Shown: positions 26,113-38,999, counted from the stretch's first letter. The stretch: DNA of 64,000 bases from Blepharisma stoltei ATCC 30299 (GCA_965603825.1 CBFDEM010000014.1:743157-807156); one strand, 5' to 3'. The notes: generated by a model from the letters alone, not told the origin. Numbers and translations are program-made.

Positions 26113-27184
26113 GCCACGTATTTATTATAGGTAATGGTGAAGACTTTTAATGGCCAGGCAATTATTGGAGCATAATTTTTTGATATTAAAGATTGTGGAA
26201 AGCAAAGAAGGAAGCGGAGAAAGTTTGGGACTGATAGAGAATTTATTGAAATGGCGTTAATAAGAAATCTAGAAAAATGAATAAAAAATGCAGGGAAATG
26301 AAGGTTAGATTGAGAAATAGGACAAATGATTAGGTTTATGTAAAAATTGATATTTCTTGTGTTTTAAATTGAATTTAAATAAAGGTAATTAACTTTATAA
26401 TTATTTTTGGTAAATAAAATTATTGGATTATTCAAGAGAGCTATATGAATAAGGAGGTTCAACCTTTAAAGGAATGTCTATCATTTAAAGCTGGGCCGAG
26501 CAATTTTTTTAGCTTGTTTTTAAGTTCCTTGCTATAAATTTAGGAGCTTAGCATTTTTTAATGATCTATAGGAACAAATACTGAAGCAAACTGCATCGTT
26601 TATGGATTTCTGGAAGCACATGATTGAAAAAAAGTAAAATTCAGAAAACTAGACAAAAATACCAGACTTCATTAATGAATTTGCATAATAAAATGAATTA
26701 GATAATTAATTAACATGATAAAAAAGTAAAATCATTTTCAACAACAGAATTCAAATTTTATAATAAAATATGATTTATTATAATTATAAAGACTTATTAT
26801 GCTCAGCAAACCAAACGCTGGACTTTGTTTGACATCAAATTAATTTTTATTTTCATACTCTATTCAATTTTTATGCTTTAAAATCATATAATTTGATTTT
26901 TGGCATATATTATTCCAAAATTATAATGATTTACTGTGAAATCTGCTAGAAAATCCGTATAAATTAAAATTCTGATAAATTCAAATGTTCAGATTTTACC
27001 ATTAGTAGTGTTAATATATGCCTTAAAGATATAGAATTAGCATAAGAATAATTGTTTCCTCAATAAATTTCTTACGATATTTGAGCTTTATAATAAACCC
27101 TATTTTTACATAACATGCAATATTTCAATATAAACTTTATAACTTTTAACTTATACACTAATCAGCAATTCATTTCCAGCCAGC

Positions 27185-28027
27185 CTATAGCTTCTTGAAC
27201 TCTAAACTCTTAATCTGATCTTTGGTATGCTTCAAATGCTCTTGCAGAGCCATCATCTTCTCATAAAGTTCCTGAATTTTCTGCCTCTTTTCCTCTTCTG
27301 AAAGCGAATTCGCCTCTTTAGCAGCCACCATCAGCTTTTCCAATGACAACTCGCTTTCTACAGACTTGTTTTTAACTTTATCTGGCTCCGTAAGAAAGCT
27401 GTCAATAATCTGTTCTTCCTTCCAGATTTTTTCGCTCACAGACTCTATTTTATCAGGTAAATTACTCGGAGTTTTAGTACTCGAAGTCTCCTTTTTTTTT
27501 AGTATCCTTTTCTTTATTGTCCCGTAAAATCTGTTTTTTACTGCGTCTGCTGGCCTTCCTTTTAAACAAGCAGTTATCTTTTTCCAGTTTCCTCCGTAGT
27601 TTTTATATAGTTTTAATATAAGTTCGTCTTCTTCGGTAGTCCATCTTGTCTTTATTACATTGGGGTCATGCTTATTCGCCCACCTTCGTTGGACTGTCTG
27701 CGCATTTTTGTCAGGGAAGAAATTGCTGATTATATCCCACCGCTTCTTGTACTTTTTGGTCAGTTGGCTGAGAAGTTCGTCCTCTTCGGGACTCCAGACA
27801 GTTTTGCCTCTTCTGGACTGAGAGCACTGGGTGGACAGCTCGACGTCACGCACCTCATTATATATGGGTTCTGGAGACAGGGCTAAAGGGTTGAGCTGAA
27901 AATTACAGGCTATTGTTTCGTTTGGCAAGTCAATGTCTTCTATATCAGAAGGTATAGAAAAGTCGAGGCTGGGAAAGCCTGTGTCCCAGTGCTCACTTGC
28001 GCGTTCTAAGGCACTATTCCATGACAT
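27185..28027 (-). CDS. R2R3-type Myb DNA-binding protein
   Basis: WSPEEDELL..W..I..RW and WTTEEDELI..GGNW..I..GR..AVKNRF. Confidence 0.92.
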   Translation of the reverse strand: MSWNSALERASEHWDTGFPSLDFSIPSDIEDIDLPNETIACNFQLNPLALSPEPIYNEVRDVELSTQCSQSRRGKTVWSPEEDELLSQLTKKYKKRWDIISNFFPDKNAQTVQRRWANKHDPNVIKTRWTTEEDELILKLYKNYGGNWKKITACLKGRPADAVKNRFYGTIKKRILKKKETSSTKTPSNLPDKIESVSEKIWKEEQIIDSFLTEPDKVKNKSVESELSLEKLMVAAKEANSLSEEEKRQKIQELYEKMMALQEHLKHTKDQIKSLEFKKL

Positions 28028-28270
28028 TGGTGTTAATTATATAAGAGTTGGTTAATATATCACCTAAATGGAATCTTCTGTTTTTTAATATTTAAATACA
28101 AAATGAATAAAATCAAATGCTAGAATTTCAATCTCTGCTGAATTATATTTATTTAGAGAATATTGATGGTGAACTTTATAAAATGTCGAAAAATAGCATC
28201 TTTAATCTCAGAATTTCTTTTTTTTATTATTATAAATAGAGCCTATTTTCGATAAAATGATAATGCTTAA

Positions 28271-28819
28271 CTATCTCATTAATGACTTTGTTATAGCTTG
28301 TTTCGCTCCCTGAATTGCTCTTTCGAACGCTGACTCAGGTTTTTTGACCTTAAGAGGAGCTCGTTCGACTCCTTCTCGCATGATGACTCTTTCCACAATT
28401 GTAGTAGCGTCTGTGCACATGATCAGCCCATCGTCAAGAGTTTCGTCAATGGCCAACATCATCAATTCAAGCTCATCCACAATCTTGGCTCTGTCCAGCT
28501 CACTCTTATAAAGCAGTTCCAGTGCTTCTATCAGAATATCCAGCAGCCACGCGAGCATAATTGAGTTTTCTTCAATTGAAGCTACCAAGTTAATAGAAAT
28601 GTCGTTGATCAACTTAAAGACCCCAATGTATTGGTCCATCATCACCACGTCGACTTCGTTGTTCTTGGCACCAATTTTAGAAGCCTTGGCAAACAGCTGC
28701 TGCTCAAACAAGATTTGTCCTGAGTGTGTTGATAGAGGCCCAGCTACGTTGTAATATTTGCTGAAAATCTTTCTGCCTTCGTTATCAAGGATTAGGATGC
28801 CTTTAATTTCGCACAGCAT
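28271..28819 (-). CDS. COPZ1: Coatomer zeta subunit
   Basis: ILILDNEGRKIFSKYY, FEQQLFAK, ENSIML, AIDETLDDGLIM. Confidence 0.92.
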   Translation of the reverse strand: MLCEIKGILILDNEGRKIFSKYYNVAGPLSTHSGQILFEQQLFAKASKIGAKNNEVDVVMMDQYIGVFKLINDISINLVASIEENSIMLAWLLDILIEALELLYKSELDRAKIVDELELMMLAIDETLDDGLIMCTDATTIVERVIMREGVERAPLKVKKPESAFERAIQGAKQAITKSLMR

Positions 28820-28908
28820 ATTTATATAAATTTTTAGGAAAGGAAATTTAAATGAAATTTTTTTGACTGCGCTAGATGATGAGATTTTATAAAATTAAAA
28901 AACTAATA

Positions 28909-29754
28909 ATGTCATCAGAGTGTATTAGGATGCCTAAAAGGCCGTCAGAGATGCAGAACGCTTCTCCGAGCAAGCATGTCAAGGTTGGAAGTGAAAGTGA
29001 GTGTCTAGAACAAAAGTTCGCCAAGCTACAATCTCAGTACCTTAATGACGGTATTCCTCAACAAACTCAGCTCTTTTTACGTCGCATGGCAAGGGCTGCA
29101 GAAATTCCTGTAGAAATAAAACAGATGCCTCTGTTAAGAATGCTGACTGAAATATGTGTGGATTTAATGATGAATGACTTAGAACTGTCTCTTTGGTCTC
29201 TAATTCTCGAAAAAATCCAATGAATTGATACTTTGTCTTTACCTTGGGTTCTAATTTGTACCGCATTTGCAGCCAAGCAGCATTTTAACCTCGACGTTTC
29301 TATATTTGAGCACCACATCGCTACAAAGTACACGGATTTTCAACGCTGCTTTCAAAATTGGCAGAACTCGCATCAAGAAACCCGCAGCATCAATGCAAAA
29401 ACCATCAATGCCAGATATGTCTCATTATCTCTTCCAATATCCCCTAATGAAAATGGGCTTTTTGACTACAATTATTATGTTGATGACATTTTACATGTGT
29501 CGCCGCCGTCAAACCTTGTAGAAGTCCAAACTAAAATTGAGGCACCTCCATCTGACAGTGAAGAAATCAAACTGCCTGAGCTAATGACGTTGAACTCAGT
29601 ACTTGTGATTGACCAGAAGACAGATCTGAATGAGCCTAGCTATGGAAGATTTGTAGATAACCCACAACATATGGAAGAAATTGACTTTGACGATCCGTTC
29701 AAGACTGACTCGCCAACCAAGTTTTTGTTTTCAAAATACGAGAGTGATAGATAG
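28909..29754 (+). CDS. Hypothetical protein (two track ORFs joined by TGA=Trp)
   Basis: 28876-29223 and 29233-29754 in frame; start 28909 or 28876 uncertain. Confidence 0.7.
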
Positions 29755-29763
29755 TGTATATTG

Positions 29764-30774
29764 TTAAATTATTTTAGCTTTTCTTAATTGTTGCTTTTTA
29801 AGGTTAGCTACCTCTTGTTTTAGTGACAGATTTTGCTTATGAATCTGATCAAATTCATACCTTGAATATGAACTTTCGTTAGCTAAGGTGTCAATTTTTG
29901 CTTTGTACTGTTCTTCATTTCACAGCAAATCCTTCACATCTTTTTCTCGAAGCTCTAAAAGCCTTCTTGTAGAATTCAGCATCTCTTCTAAGTTGCTGAT
30001 ATCTCGCTCATAGTTTGCCTTATTTTCTTTTATTACTCGTTCTAAAGACTTGACTTGCTGACTTTGCTCTTCTATTACGCTTTCTAATTTCTGGTAGACT
30101 TCTCTGTACTCTCGTTCGGACCTATTGAAATCTTCTTGGATTTCTCCCACTTTTTTATGATGATTTCCTATTAAGTCATTTTTTTCTATTTTCAAGTCTT
30201 CTATTTCTTTTTTTAGAGCTTCTTTGTCTTCGCTTAGCTGCTCGATTTCTAGTCCAAGTGTTTTTATTCTTTCTTGCAGATTGGAATTTAAACTTAATAA
30301 GCCAAAATGCTGGACTCGGTATTCTTCGCCGATTTTTCTTTCTTTTTCAGCCAGATTTTCGACCTCGTTCAGCCTCTGCTTTAAATTTATGCATTCAAGC
30401 TCTTTTTCTCTTTGGATAAAATCAATTTGCTTTTCGTATTCTTGCTTTTGGGTTGATAAATCTTGGATATAGGCTGTGTTATTTTCATCAATTTGTCGGC
30501 GCAGATAGGAAATCTGTCTCCTTAAATCGTCTAGGTTTTTTTCATAATTGAGATCAATAGGAGTTATCCGGTCTGTGTAGGCTTGCCGTTCTGTGTATAG
30601 TTGAGATGTAGAAGTTCTATAGGGACTCATTCTTGCTGAGTATGCGGTGTTTGGCATGTAAGGAGCTTGCTCGTCAAGGTTCAAAAAGAAGCTATAGCGG
30701 CCGTGGGATGTGGAAGCCTTCGCAGATTGAGGCCTTTTTTCTGAAAAAGATTTTTGCTCAAGATTTCGGTCCAT
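29764..30774 (-). CDS. Coiled-coil protein
   Basis: Reads through TGA 29920-29922 to TAA 29764-29766. Confidence 0.75.
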
Positions 30775-31227
30775 CTTATTATAGCATAGAAAATTAAAAT
30801 TTAAAATTAAAAAGGTTTATGATGTAATATTAGTGAGAGAGGAATTAGCATATTAGGAAATTAGCTATTTAATCCTTAATTCTTAATTATAAGAAGCCCA
30901 ATGTCAGATGCAGCAGGTCTGGATTCCTTACATAACGCTCATTAGCCCGCACATGACCTTGCTCTGTGTCAATCCTTCGAAGAAGGAGCTAGAAGTCAGA
31001 AGTCTTGTGTCAACATGCTGAACTTCAAATAAGGTCGAATTTTCTGATCACTTCTTGCGATAATTTTTAATTTTGTAAAAACTTATAATCTAAAATTAAG
31101 CCCGTAATAGCTTCTTTTCTTCTTCAAAATCTATCAACAATTAAAGCTAATTACAATTGATCTCTGCCATATTGACTTTAACGAAAGTGTAACCACTTTC
31201 TTATTATCGAACATTTACGTTCAAAAT

Positions 31228-31623
31228 ATGATAATGAAAAAAATAGCTCTACTTCTACTTATATCTCTCTATATAGAGGCATACTCCATCCGGCTTCCAA
31301 GTAGACACAAAAATAAGTGCCAAACTGATTTGGACTGCCCAGTTCTTGATTGCTTGACGTATCCATGTGACACATTTGTATGTGAAAATAGGAAATGCGT
31401 CGTAAGGAGCACCAAAGAAATTTGTGTCATCGGAGGATGTTCGGGTCAACTATGCGTCAGCTATTATGAAAACGGAAGTTCTACTTGTGAGTGGAAACCA
31501 GTGTATGGGTGCTACAGTGAATATGGGAACTGCAGCTTGATTGATGGAAAATGCCAATGGGAACCCACGGAGGAGCTCAAGGCCTGCATCAATGATCGAG
31601 GACAAGCTAAATTGGAATATTAA
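31228..31623 (+). CDS. Small secreted Cys-rich protein (eight-cysteine-cluster-like), copy 1
   Basis: Signal peptide; CQTDLDC..C, CVIGGCSGQLC, STCEW..YGCY, CSLIDGKCQW..T.EL..C. Confidence 0.85.
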   Translation: MIMKKIALLLLISLYIEAYSIRLPSRHKNKCQTDLDCPVLDCLTYPCDTFVCENRKCVVRSTKEICVIGGCSGQLCVSYYENGSSTCEWKPVYGCYSEYGNCSLIDGKCQWEPTEELKACINDRGQAKLEY

Positions 31624-32129
31624 TATCTCCACCATAAATAAAGTGCTTTAAGCACTAGAAATTTTAGTATAAATTAATCGATATTTATGGCTTTAAACCC
31701 ATATTGCGTAATAGTGAAATGCGTTATAAAAATATAGGCATATTAGGCTGGATAAATAAAATGGAGAAAGATCAGCATAAAATAAAACAATAAAATCAGT
31801 CTATACATTCAAAATGACATCAATTATCATTATAAAATAGAAGCCACTAAGTTATGTGTTGCTTTCTTCAACAGCATGACTCAGTCTGAGCGTGCCTTTT
31901 TAACTCCAAATCACGAGATCACTGGTTGCGCCATTTGCATGAGCCTGCAGGCACCCTAAACAATGCGGCTCGATTGATTCTTGTTTAAGAGAAAAGGGTT
32001 AGACTTAGCTAGCCTTTATCCAGTTATATGGACAGCACCCCAGCATATAGGCTGAAATGTCTGATTCTTAAGCTTAAGGATGTGCAGGATTTTAACGCTT
32101 GGCTCTTCAAAGTAGAAAGAGTCTTAGAC

Positions 32130-32285
32130 ACGTGTACTATAATTATTATCAATTGTCAGGTTAGTTTCAGAAATATATCTGCAACCAAAACAGAATAATT
32201 CACCATTTTGAAGCTGAGCAATGGAATTAGCATGTTCAAATATTTTTGGATCTCTGATAGAAGAGTAAGATTTCTGGTATTAATT
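32130..32285 (-). pseudogene. Fragment paralogous to the Kelch-like gene
   Basis: IAQLQNGELFCFG vs IVQLPNGELFCYA; followed by a stop. Confidence 0.55.
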
Positions 32286-32309
32286 AAATATATTGCATCT
32301 AGACTGCTT

Positions 32310-33380
32310 CTATTTTAGTTTAATTAATACTTTTTTATCTAAACTAAACTTGAAGTAGTGATTTTCTCTATCTGGTCACCCCTCGAATTGAATGCATCCA
32401 ATATAGACTTGTCCTTTATTATATTTCCAATACACCCTAGAAGATAATAAATTGATTATTGAATCTCCTATTATTTTTCAAGCATATTCGTATCCCACTT
32501 CACTTTCGAATATCCGTCCATTTGGGCACTCAATCGAATATAATGTGTCTTTTGCATTTACCAAAATTTTTATTGTATGCTTTGTAAAATCGCAAGGAAT
32601 TTTTGAAAAAGAGTCAATATCAATTGAATAGAGCCAAAGATTCCTGTTATTATATCCAACAATCAAAATATTCCCCTTAAATATTACACTGTTGCCTCAA
32701 GAAATATGTTTTGACAATGGAGTTAGCTTAATTCATCGATTTTGATCTAAATCAAACCTACTAGAAGGAGAAACAGAATTATTATAATCTCATCCGCCAA
32801 GGCAATAGACTGATCTATTGAAATATATAGCTAATGGATGCTCATAAGGTGCTCCATATGGAAGCTGACGAACTATATTATTATGATCAATAATCAAAGT
32901 AGCTCCAGAAAGTGGATTAGAATGAGCATAGCAGAATAATTCACCATTTGGAAGCTGAACAATTCATGTGCTGTTGTCTATTTTTTCTGGAGTCTCTAAT
33001 TGTATTGCTTCTTCTATTTCGTTTTCAGTGTCATAGATAAACAAGTTTGTTCTTTTGTCAAGCCTAGAAGAAAGATAAAGAGATGTAGCCTTATGATAAG
33101 CTTTGACATATTCTTGGTAAGCTTCATTTAGCTCTGAGCTAGGGGTAATATTATTCTTATATAGCAAGGAAGTTCTCCTGAAATCTCTCTCTATTTCTGG
33201 ATTATTGATACTGCTCAAAAGACTTGAGGCTTTTATTTTTAAAACTTCAGGATTTAATAATTGAGTTTCAGCATTTTCATTCAATTGGGTTTTAGTGTCA
33301 TTTTTTATCTTTAGGGCTTCTTCAATAAGGTTGAATTTAGAATTAAGCAAATTAAGTGGATTTTGAGCTCTAGATTCCAT
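32310..33380 (-). CDS. Kelch-like beta-propeller protein with N-terminal helical region, 356 aa
   Basis: Continuous frame with 6 TGA=Trp to TAG 32310-32312; QLPNGELFC, SVYCLGGW, FDLDQNRWIKLTPL. Confidence 0.8.
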
Positions 33381-34028
33381 ATTATGCCCTAAGAATTTAT
33401 TTGAAATAGTTTAATTAGATTTAAGCTGGCTGCACGCAGCCTGAGTTGCCACTTTTTTATATAAGCTTTAAATATGAATGCTCACTATATGATGAATCGT
33501 TTTTACCGTTTTTTTGGACGCTCCAAGTTAAAAATAATTATTTTTAACTATGACTTTATGGCTTGGCTAGTAAATATCTAAGCTTTCCAATTTGTGAATA
33601 GTTACTGAATAGAGATTCATAATTCCTTAATTTACAGTTGAAGTAATAGATTTTCATCAAACGCAATGAGATGTGAAGCCTTTGTAGATTGCAGACATTT
33701 TTCAGGATTAACTTAAGATTTCTGCTTATTTTGCTATGAAGTGGCTATATTAGAAATTTAAACTTAAAGAATCCTATAGGTGCATTTGACTAAAATAAGA
33801 AATACCAATTTATTTAAATTTTTTAAATATAAAAAATAATCGTTCCTTTTTTCAAGATCATTCATAATTTTTCAAAGCACACAGTAATATAAATTTAAAT
33901 TCCATCAATAGTCTAATTTGCTTATACTTATCTTGTATGCAGCTGAGTGCATTTATATATAAACTTAGCCATTTTGGCTTTAAAAATGTAACCACTTTCT
34001 TATTACTGAAAGCTTAAGATTTATAATA

Positions 34029-34400
34029 ATGAAAAAAATAATTCTCCTTCTATTTATCTCTGTATACATTCAAGCATACTCAGTCCCACCTTTCAGGAGC
34101 CAATGGAATGAATGTGAATCTGATTTGGACTGTCCAGTTATTGATTGTATGACATACCCATGTGATACGTTCGTCTGTGAGGACAACAAGTGTTCAGTGA
34201 AGAGACCTAAAGAAGCTTGCGTCGTTGGAGGGTGCTCAGGCCAACTTTGCATCAGATATGGTGAATCTGGAATTTCAACATGCGAATGGAGAGAAGTGTA
34301 TGGGTGCTATAGTGAATATGGAAACTGCACCTTAATTGATGGAAAATGCCAATGGGAGCCCACTAAAGAACTTATGACCTGCATCAACGATAGAAGCTAA
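34029..34400 (+). CDS. Small secreted Cys-rich protein, copy 2
   Basis: Paralogue of 31228-31623 with the Cys pattern conserved. Confidence 0.85.
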   Translation: MKKIILLLFISVYIQAYSVPPFRSQWNECESDLDCPVIDCMTYPCDTFVCEDNKCSVKRPKEACVVGGCSGQLCIRYGESGISTCEWREVYGCYSEYGNCTLIDGKCQWEPTKELMTCINDRS

Positions 34401-34685
34401 GCTGACTACCATAATAATCTTTAAATTATCTACATAAAATATTGTTTTTAAAGTAGAAATTTTATAAAATAGTGATAATAAGGATTATTCGAGCAAAATA
34501 AAACCTATCATATGGTATCGGGAATTATTATAATAGAATCCACAGCATGCCAGATTTAAATCAATCAATAAAGAAACATTAATCATATCTCCGATTAAAT
34601 ATATGGCGCAGGTATAGTGGATATAGATAGATTAAAATATTATCAATAAAAATTAGAAAATCTTAACTATATTTATTAAGCATTA

Positions 34686-35798
34686 CTATTGTTGTAGAAA
34701 TAATGCTTTAAGCATATTTTCGATTTTTCTCGTTAGCCTGAACTTTGGTCTTGCATTCTTTATTATCGTATAACAATTATCAAGAGAGATATTGAACTGC
34801 TTCATAAGATACCCCATTATAAGCACACAAGATCGATTATTTCCGCTTTGACAGTGAATAAGAACATTTCCCAAAGGAAGATAATCATTTATAAAATGCT
34901 GTACTTGGTTAGCAAAACCCCCAAACGACTCTTCATACTCTTTTTCCAGCGCAATCGTATGGTAGCCTCCTTCAATCTGTGAATAATGGACAGGCATATT
35001 GTTTGCGCCCACCGTCAGCACTGCAAAAATTTTGTTCTCAATAAGCAGCGAGAAATCATTTGCAGCGTACTGGCATGAAATATACAAATTATGAAAATTG
35101 TTCTTTTTCCCTATAAAGCCTTTAAAAGGCACATATGATAATTTACAAGAGCACTCATCTGTATGAAATTGCTGCTCTCCTTTGTCGTCATCTCGCTTTG
35201 TGGCACGAGTAGGAGACACCCTTCTGACTCTTTCTGTTTCTTTCGAAATCTTGATTGCTAAGTCTCTGGCGATAGGAGAAATTTTCGTTTGCCTATCTCT
35301 ATATGGGCTTGTCATGAGGGTTTTAGTTTTAAAGCTCTCATTGGAAAATTTCTTGATTATTCGGTTAGAGACTGATGTGGGGATGAATTTATTGTTTTTT
35401 ATGGTCTGGTGGGAGTGGGAAGAGTTTAAACGGTCTTTGGCTTTGACACTGGATGGCTCTGGGGTGATTGAAGATTGAGTAGGAGGAGAGGGACTTCTGT
35501 TTAGATTTGACCGTAATAAAGCGATAGGAGAGTGGCTCATTTTCATTGGGGAAGGGGTTTCTGGCCTGTGCTTCAGATACGACTCAGACCCGTTTCCAGA
35601 TTTCCCTGAAATGAGGCTGTAGTTGCTTTGCTCAGAGTCAGGCAATTTTTTTCAAATGTCTGCGAGCTTATCTAGATAATATCTATTTGGACTAGAGCAT
35701 TTCCTGGAAACTGATAGGAATTCTTTGAGGAAAGGAGTGTTTTGCCCTTTGAGCCTAAAATGTTTTCCAAGAGATAAATTAATGCTTTTATGCGTCAT
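34686..35798 (-). CDS. Dual-specificity protein phosphatase with disordered N-terminus
   Basis: VLIHCQSGNNRS CX5R loop, YLMK; extends to ATG 35798 through one TGA. Confidence 0.85.
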
Positions 35799-35990
35799 TT
35801 ATCTTTATAAGCAATGAAATTAATATAATAAAATTTGATTCAATTATAATATGCATTTTCTCCAAATTTAGTTAAAATACAGCTAAAAATAGTTGCTATT
35901 AAAAGGGTAAATGTTACTTAAAATCGAATTATTAAGTATAATTGCAAAAAGCAAAACAATTCATAGAAAAATACATTAGCTTTTACTTTA

Positions 35991-37541
35991 TTATTTAAAA
36001 TTACATGTAAATAGATCCTCTTCAACTTCTTCAGGAGCTCCTAATATATTTTCTATTGCTGCAGCTTGGCACTGCATATAGCTCAGCCAATCCCTCCCTG
36101 AGTTTAATTCAGCCTTTATTTCAGCTGTTTCCAGCTTTTCCTGGAGATCTTCCACTATTTGTGTCAAATTTTTATTTTCTTCCTGCTCTCTCTCCAAATT
36201 CGCCATAAGCACCCTCATTTTCACTGAGCTCCCAAGATTTTTTCTACTAGCAGGCGAGCATAATGGGCTTGGCTCACATGAAGGAGTTGCGCAGCTCAGC
36301 GTGGTACTATAAGATCTCTCCACCAGTTCTTCAGAATTCATCAAATTTTCATTGATGGTCAGTTCAAACTGTGTGGATTCCATTCTGTCAATTACTTGTG
36401 TCTTTTTGTACCTCAGCTCATCCAATGCTATATCATAACTCCCATTTTCTAAGAGTTCCAAAATATATAAAAAATTCTCGTCTGCCGAAAGCAGCTCTTT
36501 TAAAGCGACAATACATTTGGAAAGACCAGTCTTTATCTTTTCTAAGGCGTCTTCTTTTTCAGCCTCTAGTGTTTTAAGCTTGCTCCAAAAGGCTTCTTCT
36601 AATTTATCCCCAAACGATAAATTTTTTTTACGTCCATCACTTCTTCTTGACAAAATCATAGCAGAGAGCTGGTTAATTGTGCATGAGGTCGGGTCGAATT
36701 TGGAAGTCTCATAATTTTCAATTTTGTCTTGCAGTTGTTTAATTAAAGTATTTGCATTTAACAAGTCTTGATTCAAATTAAATTTCTTTTGCTTCAAGAT
36801 CTCTATTTTAGTTTTCAGCTTCTCCGCTTCTTGGAGCTCCAGATTTGCGTTATCTAGCTGCTTTTCTAGGGAAGCAATCTCTTTTTTTTGTGTGTCGATT
36901 TGGAGTTCTTGGTTCTTTATAATTTCTGCTTTTATGCGGAATTCGATCTCAGTTACTGATCTTTCGTCCCTTAAGGGCCCATTGCTTCTATAATCTGAGG
37001 CGATCTCTTCCCATCGCTCAAGGCCATTTCTTGTCGAGGTTCTTTCCCGGTCCAGCAGTAACTGTTTGGCAACTGAAGAATTATTATAAGCAGCCATATC
37101 AGTCTTCCCGTAAACCATTTTTCGTGGAGACTCAGTGGATTTGCCTCGCTTGACTATAGGACTGTGAATTACCTGAGCTGAGCCTTCTTCTCCTACTCCG
37201 TCTATGTCAGCTTCGTCTCTAACAGATTGTCTTCTGTTTGGTTCTTGAAGTTTTGATCGCAAAATTCGGTTGACTTCTTCAAGTTCCTCGCATTTAAGTT
37301 TCAGAGCTTGAGCCTCTGTGCTTTCAACCTGAGGCTTGGTAGCTGTGGTCGAGTCCAGAGAGTTCAGAAAAATGAGAGGCGTGTGATTTTGGTTTTCAGG
37401 CTTCACAAAAATTGGGTTATTACCATTTAATGCTGCACGACTTTTCTCTAATCCTTGGAGAAAACGATTGTTAGAAGGAGATTTATTAGCGAATAGTGAA
37501 AGTGGCATCTCTGTTCTGCTTTTAGCCTGTTTTCTCTGCAT
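35991..37541 (-). CDS. Coiled-coil protein
   Basis: 516-aa ORF, heptad-rich. Confidence 0.75.
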   Translation of the reverse strand: MQRKQAKSRTEMPLSLFANKSPSNNRFLQGLEKSRAALNGNNPIFVKPENQNHTPLIFLNSLDSTTATKPQVESTEAQALKLKCEELEEVNRILRSKLQEPNRRQSVRDEADIDGVGEEGSAQVIHSPIVKRGKSTESPRKMVYGKTDMAAYNNSSVAKQLLLDRERTSTRNGLERWEEIASDYRSNGPLRDERSVTEIEFRIKAEIIKNQELQIDTQKKEIASLEKQLDNANLELQEAEKLKTKIEILKQKKFNLNQDLLNANTLIKQLQDKIENYETSKFDPTSCTINQLSAMILSRRSDGRKKNLSFGDKLEEAFWSKLKTLEAEKEDALEKIKTGLSKCIVALKELLSADENFLYILELLENGSYDIALDELRYKKTQVIDRMESTQFELTINENLMNSEELVERSYSTTLSCATPSCEPSPLCSPASRKNLGSSVKMRVLMANLEREQEENKNLTQIVEDLQEKLETAEIKAELNSGRDWLSYMQCQAAAIENILGAPEEVEEDLFTCNFK

Positions 37542-37899
37542 AATGGTGAATTTTATTTTATTTTGATACTGAGTTTCATCATATTTATGGAAGATTTGTC
37601 TGATAAATTTTAAGTAAAATTTAATTTAGTTTTATAAAGGAAAGAAATTTCCAAATTGCGTGGAAGAGGCTAGTGATAAGTATGATGATTAATAATCAGC
37701 TAGACATTACAATATGTTTCAAGGTACTAACAAGATTTTTTCATGAAGCAATAAGAAACTTCATTTTATCTTAATAACGCAATAATTTCTTACTCATTTT
37801 AAATATATTTTGAGTTCGGCTAAGATAAGCAAGCATGCTCATGTGCACAACAAAAATTATCCTTACTTTAAATATAATCCAAGTTGAATTAGTATAGCA

Positions 37900-38245
37900 A
37901 ATGAGTTATATAATCTTGCGATATATTGCAATAATAAAAGATGGAAATAAAACTTTTTTCGACAATAAAGAGAAATTTCCGGGCCTACTAAGACACCATA
38001 TGAGGGAGGAATATTTTATGTTTCAATTTTTATTCCTTCTCATATATTATTTTGAGTTTATTATCAAAATTAAGCATTAACATAAGTAAAGAAGGAAAAA
38101 TAAACCACGATAGACCTATATCAATAATGTAATACAAGGTCTAAGATGATTAATAAATCTCATGACAAAGAAAAGTCAGACCTATTATGAAGATCCAGAA
38201 GATTATGTTTGCTATTAGAGAAGCAACAATGAAATATGCGAATTA
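37900..38245 (+). pseudogene. Degenerate E2/UEV-like copy 1
   Basis: ISGPTKTPYEGGIFYVSI and ..EATMKYAN remnants with stops and frameshifts. Confidence 0.65.
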
Positions 38246-38507
38246 GTGCTAATTAGCCTATCTGATAATTTAATAAAATTAGAAAGCCCTTATTTTATAA
38301 TGTTTTTGAGACAAGTTTATCATACCACATTAGTGTCATTGTTTAATTATAACATAATTTTTCAATCCTTGAAAAAATCACTATACTTTGATTGTATTGG
38401 GATCTAATAAATCTAAATAAACCGCTATGCACGGAAAAACTAATCATATATTTTCTATTCGAGATAAGGATTTTTATAGAATTTCCCTATATTTCTATTA
38501 ATAATCT

Positions 38508-38932
38508 ATGAAACCAGTTTTAAATTGGTCGCAGTGAAATCCTAACTGAATACGCAGCCTAGATTGATTTATTATTAGAAAAAATGAAGATTCAAATGAA
38601 TTAATTGGCGCAATTCAAGGACCAACTAATACTCCATACGAAGGAGGAATTTTTTATTTTTCAATCACAATTTTTGGTAAGTACTTTCTGCCAGAATTTA
38701 ATTTCTAACCAAAATTCTCCATCCAAACATAAAGAAAACTGGTAAATTAAGAATTCCGATTAAAAATCCTACGAGAAAAGGTTTAAAAGAATTGCTAGAT
38801 TGAATAGTAAATTTATTGAAAGAACCCCAATGGAATGATTCAAAGCTACCCAGAAAATTTGAATTTTATCAAAAAGATCCAGATGCATATTATTCCTATG
38901 TAAAGCAAACTACAATAAAATATGCTAATTAA
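38508..38932 (+). pseudogene. E2/UEV-like copy 2 (type A), 1-nt deletion near 38700
   Basis: Close paralogue of 41260-41700; ccagaatttaatttcta vs ccagaatttatatttcta gives a premature TAA. Could be a consensus error. Confidence 0.7.
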
Positions 38933-38999
38933 TTTATTAACTATTTTAGGAAATTTTCTTCTAAAATCAGACCTTATAATTCTTTGTTAAAAAAATATT

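Noticed and set aside
24946-26130. Many overlapping and antisense ORFs over IDH (similarly over Sfi1-like, WS/DGAT, PKA-R and the coiled-coil genes)
   Set aside because: Shadow ORFs caused by codon bias; no motifs.
30890-31070. GC-richer patch (also 31860-32130) suggesting an ncRNA
   Set aside because: No recognisable RNA structure or motif; more likely decayed coding fragments.
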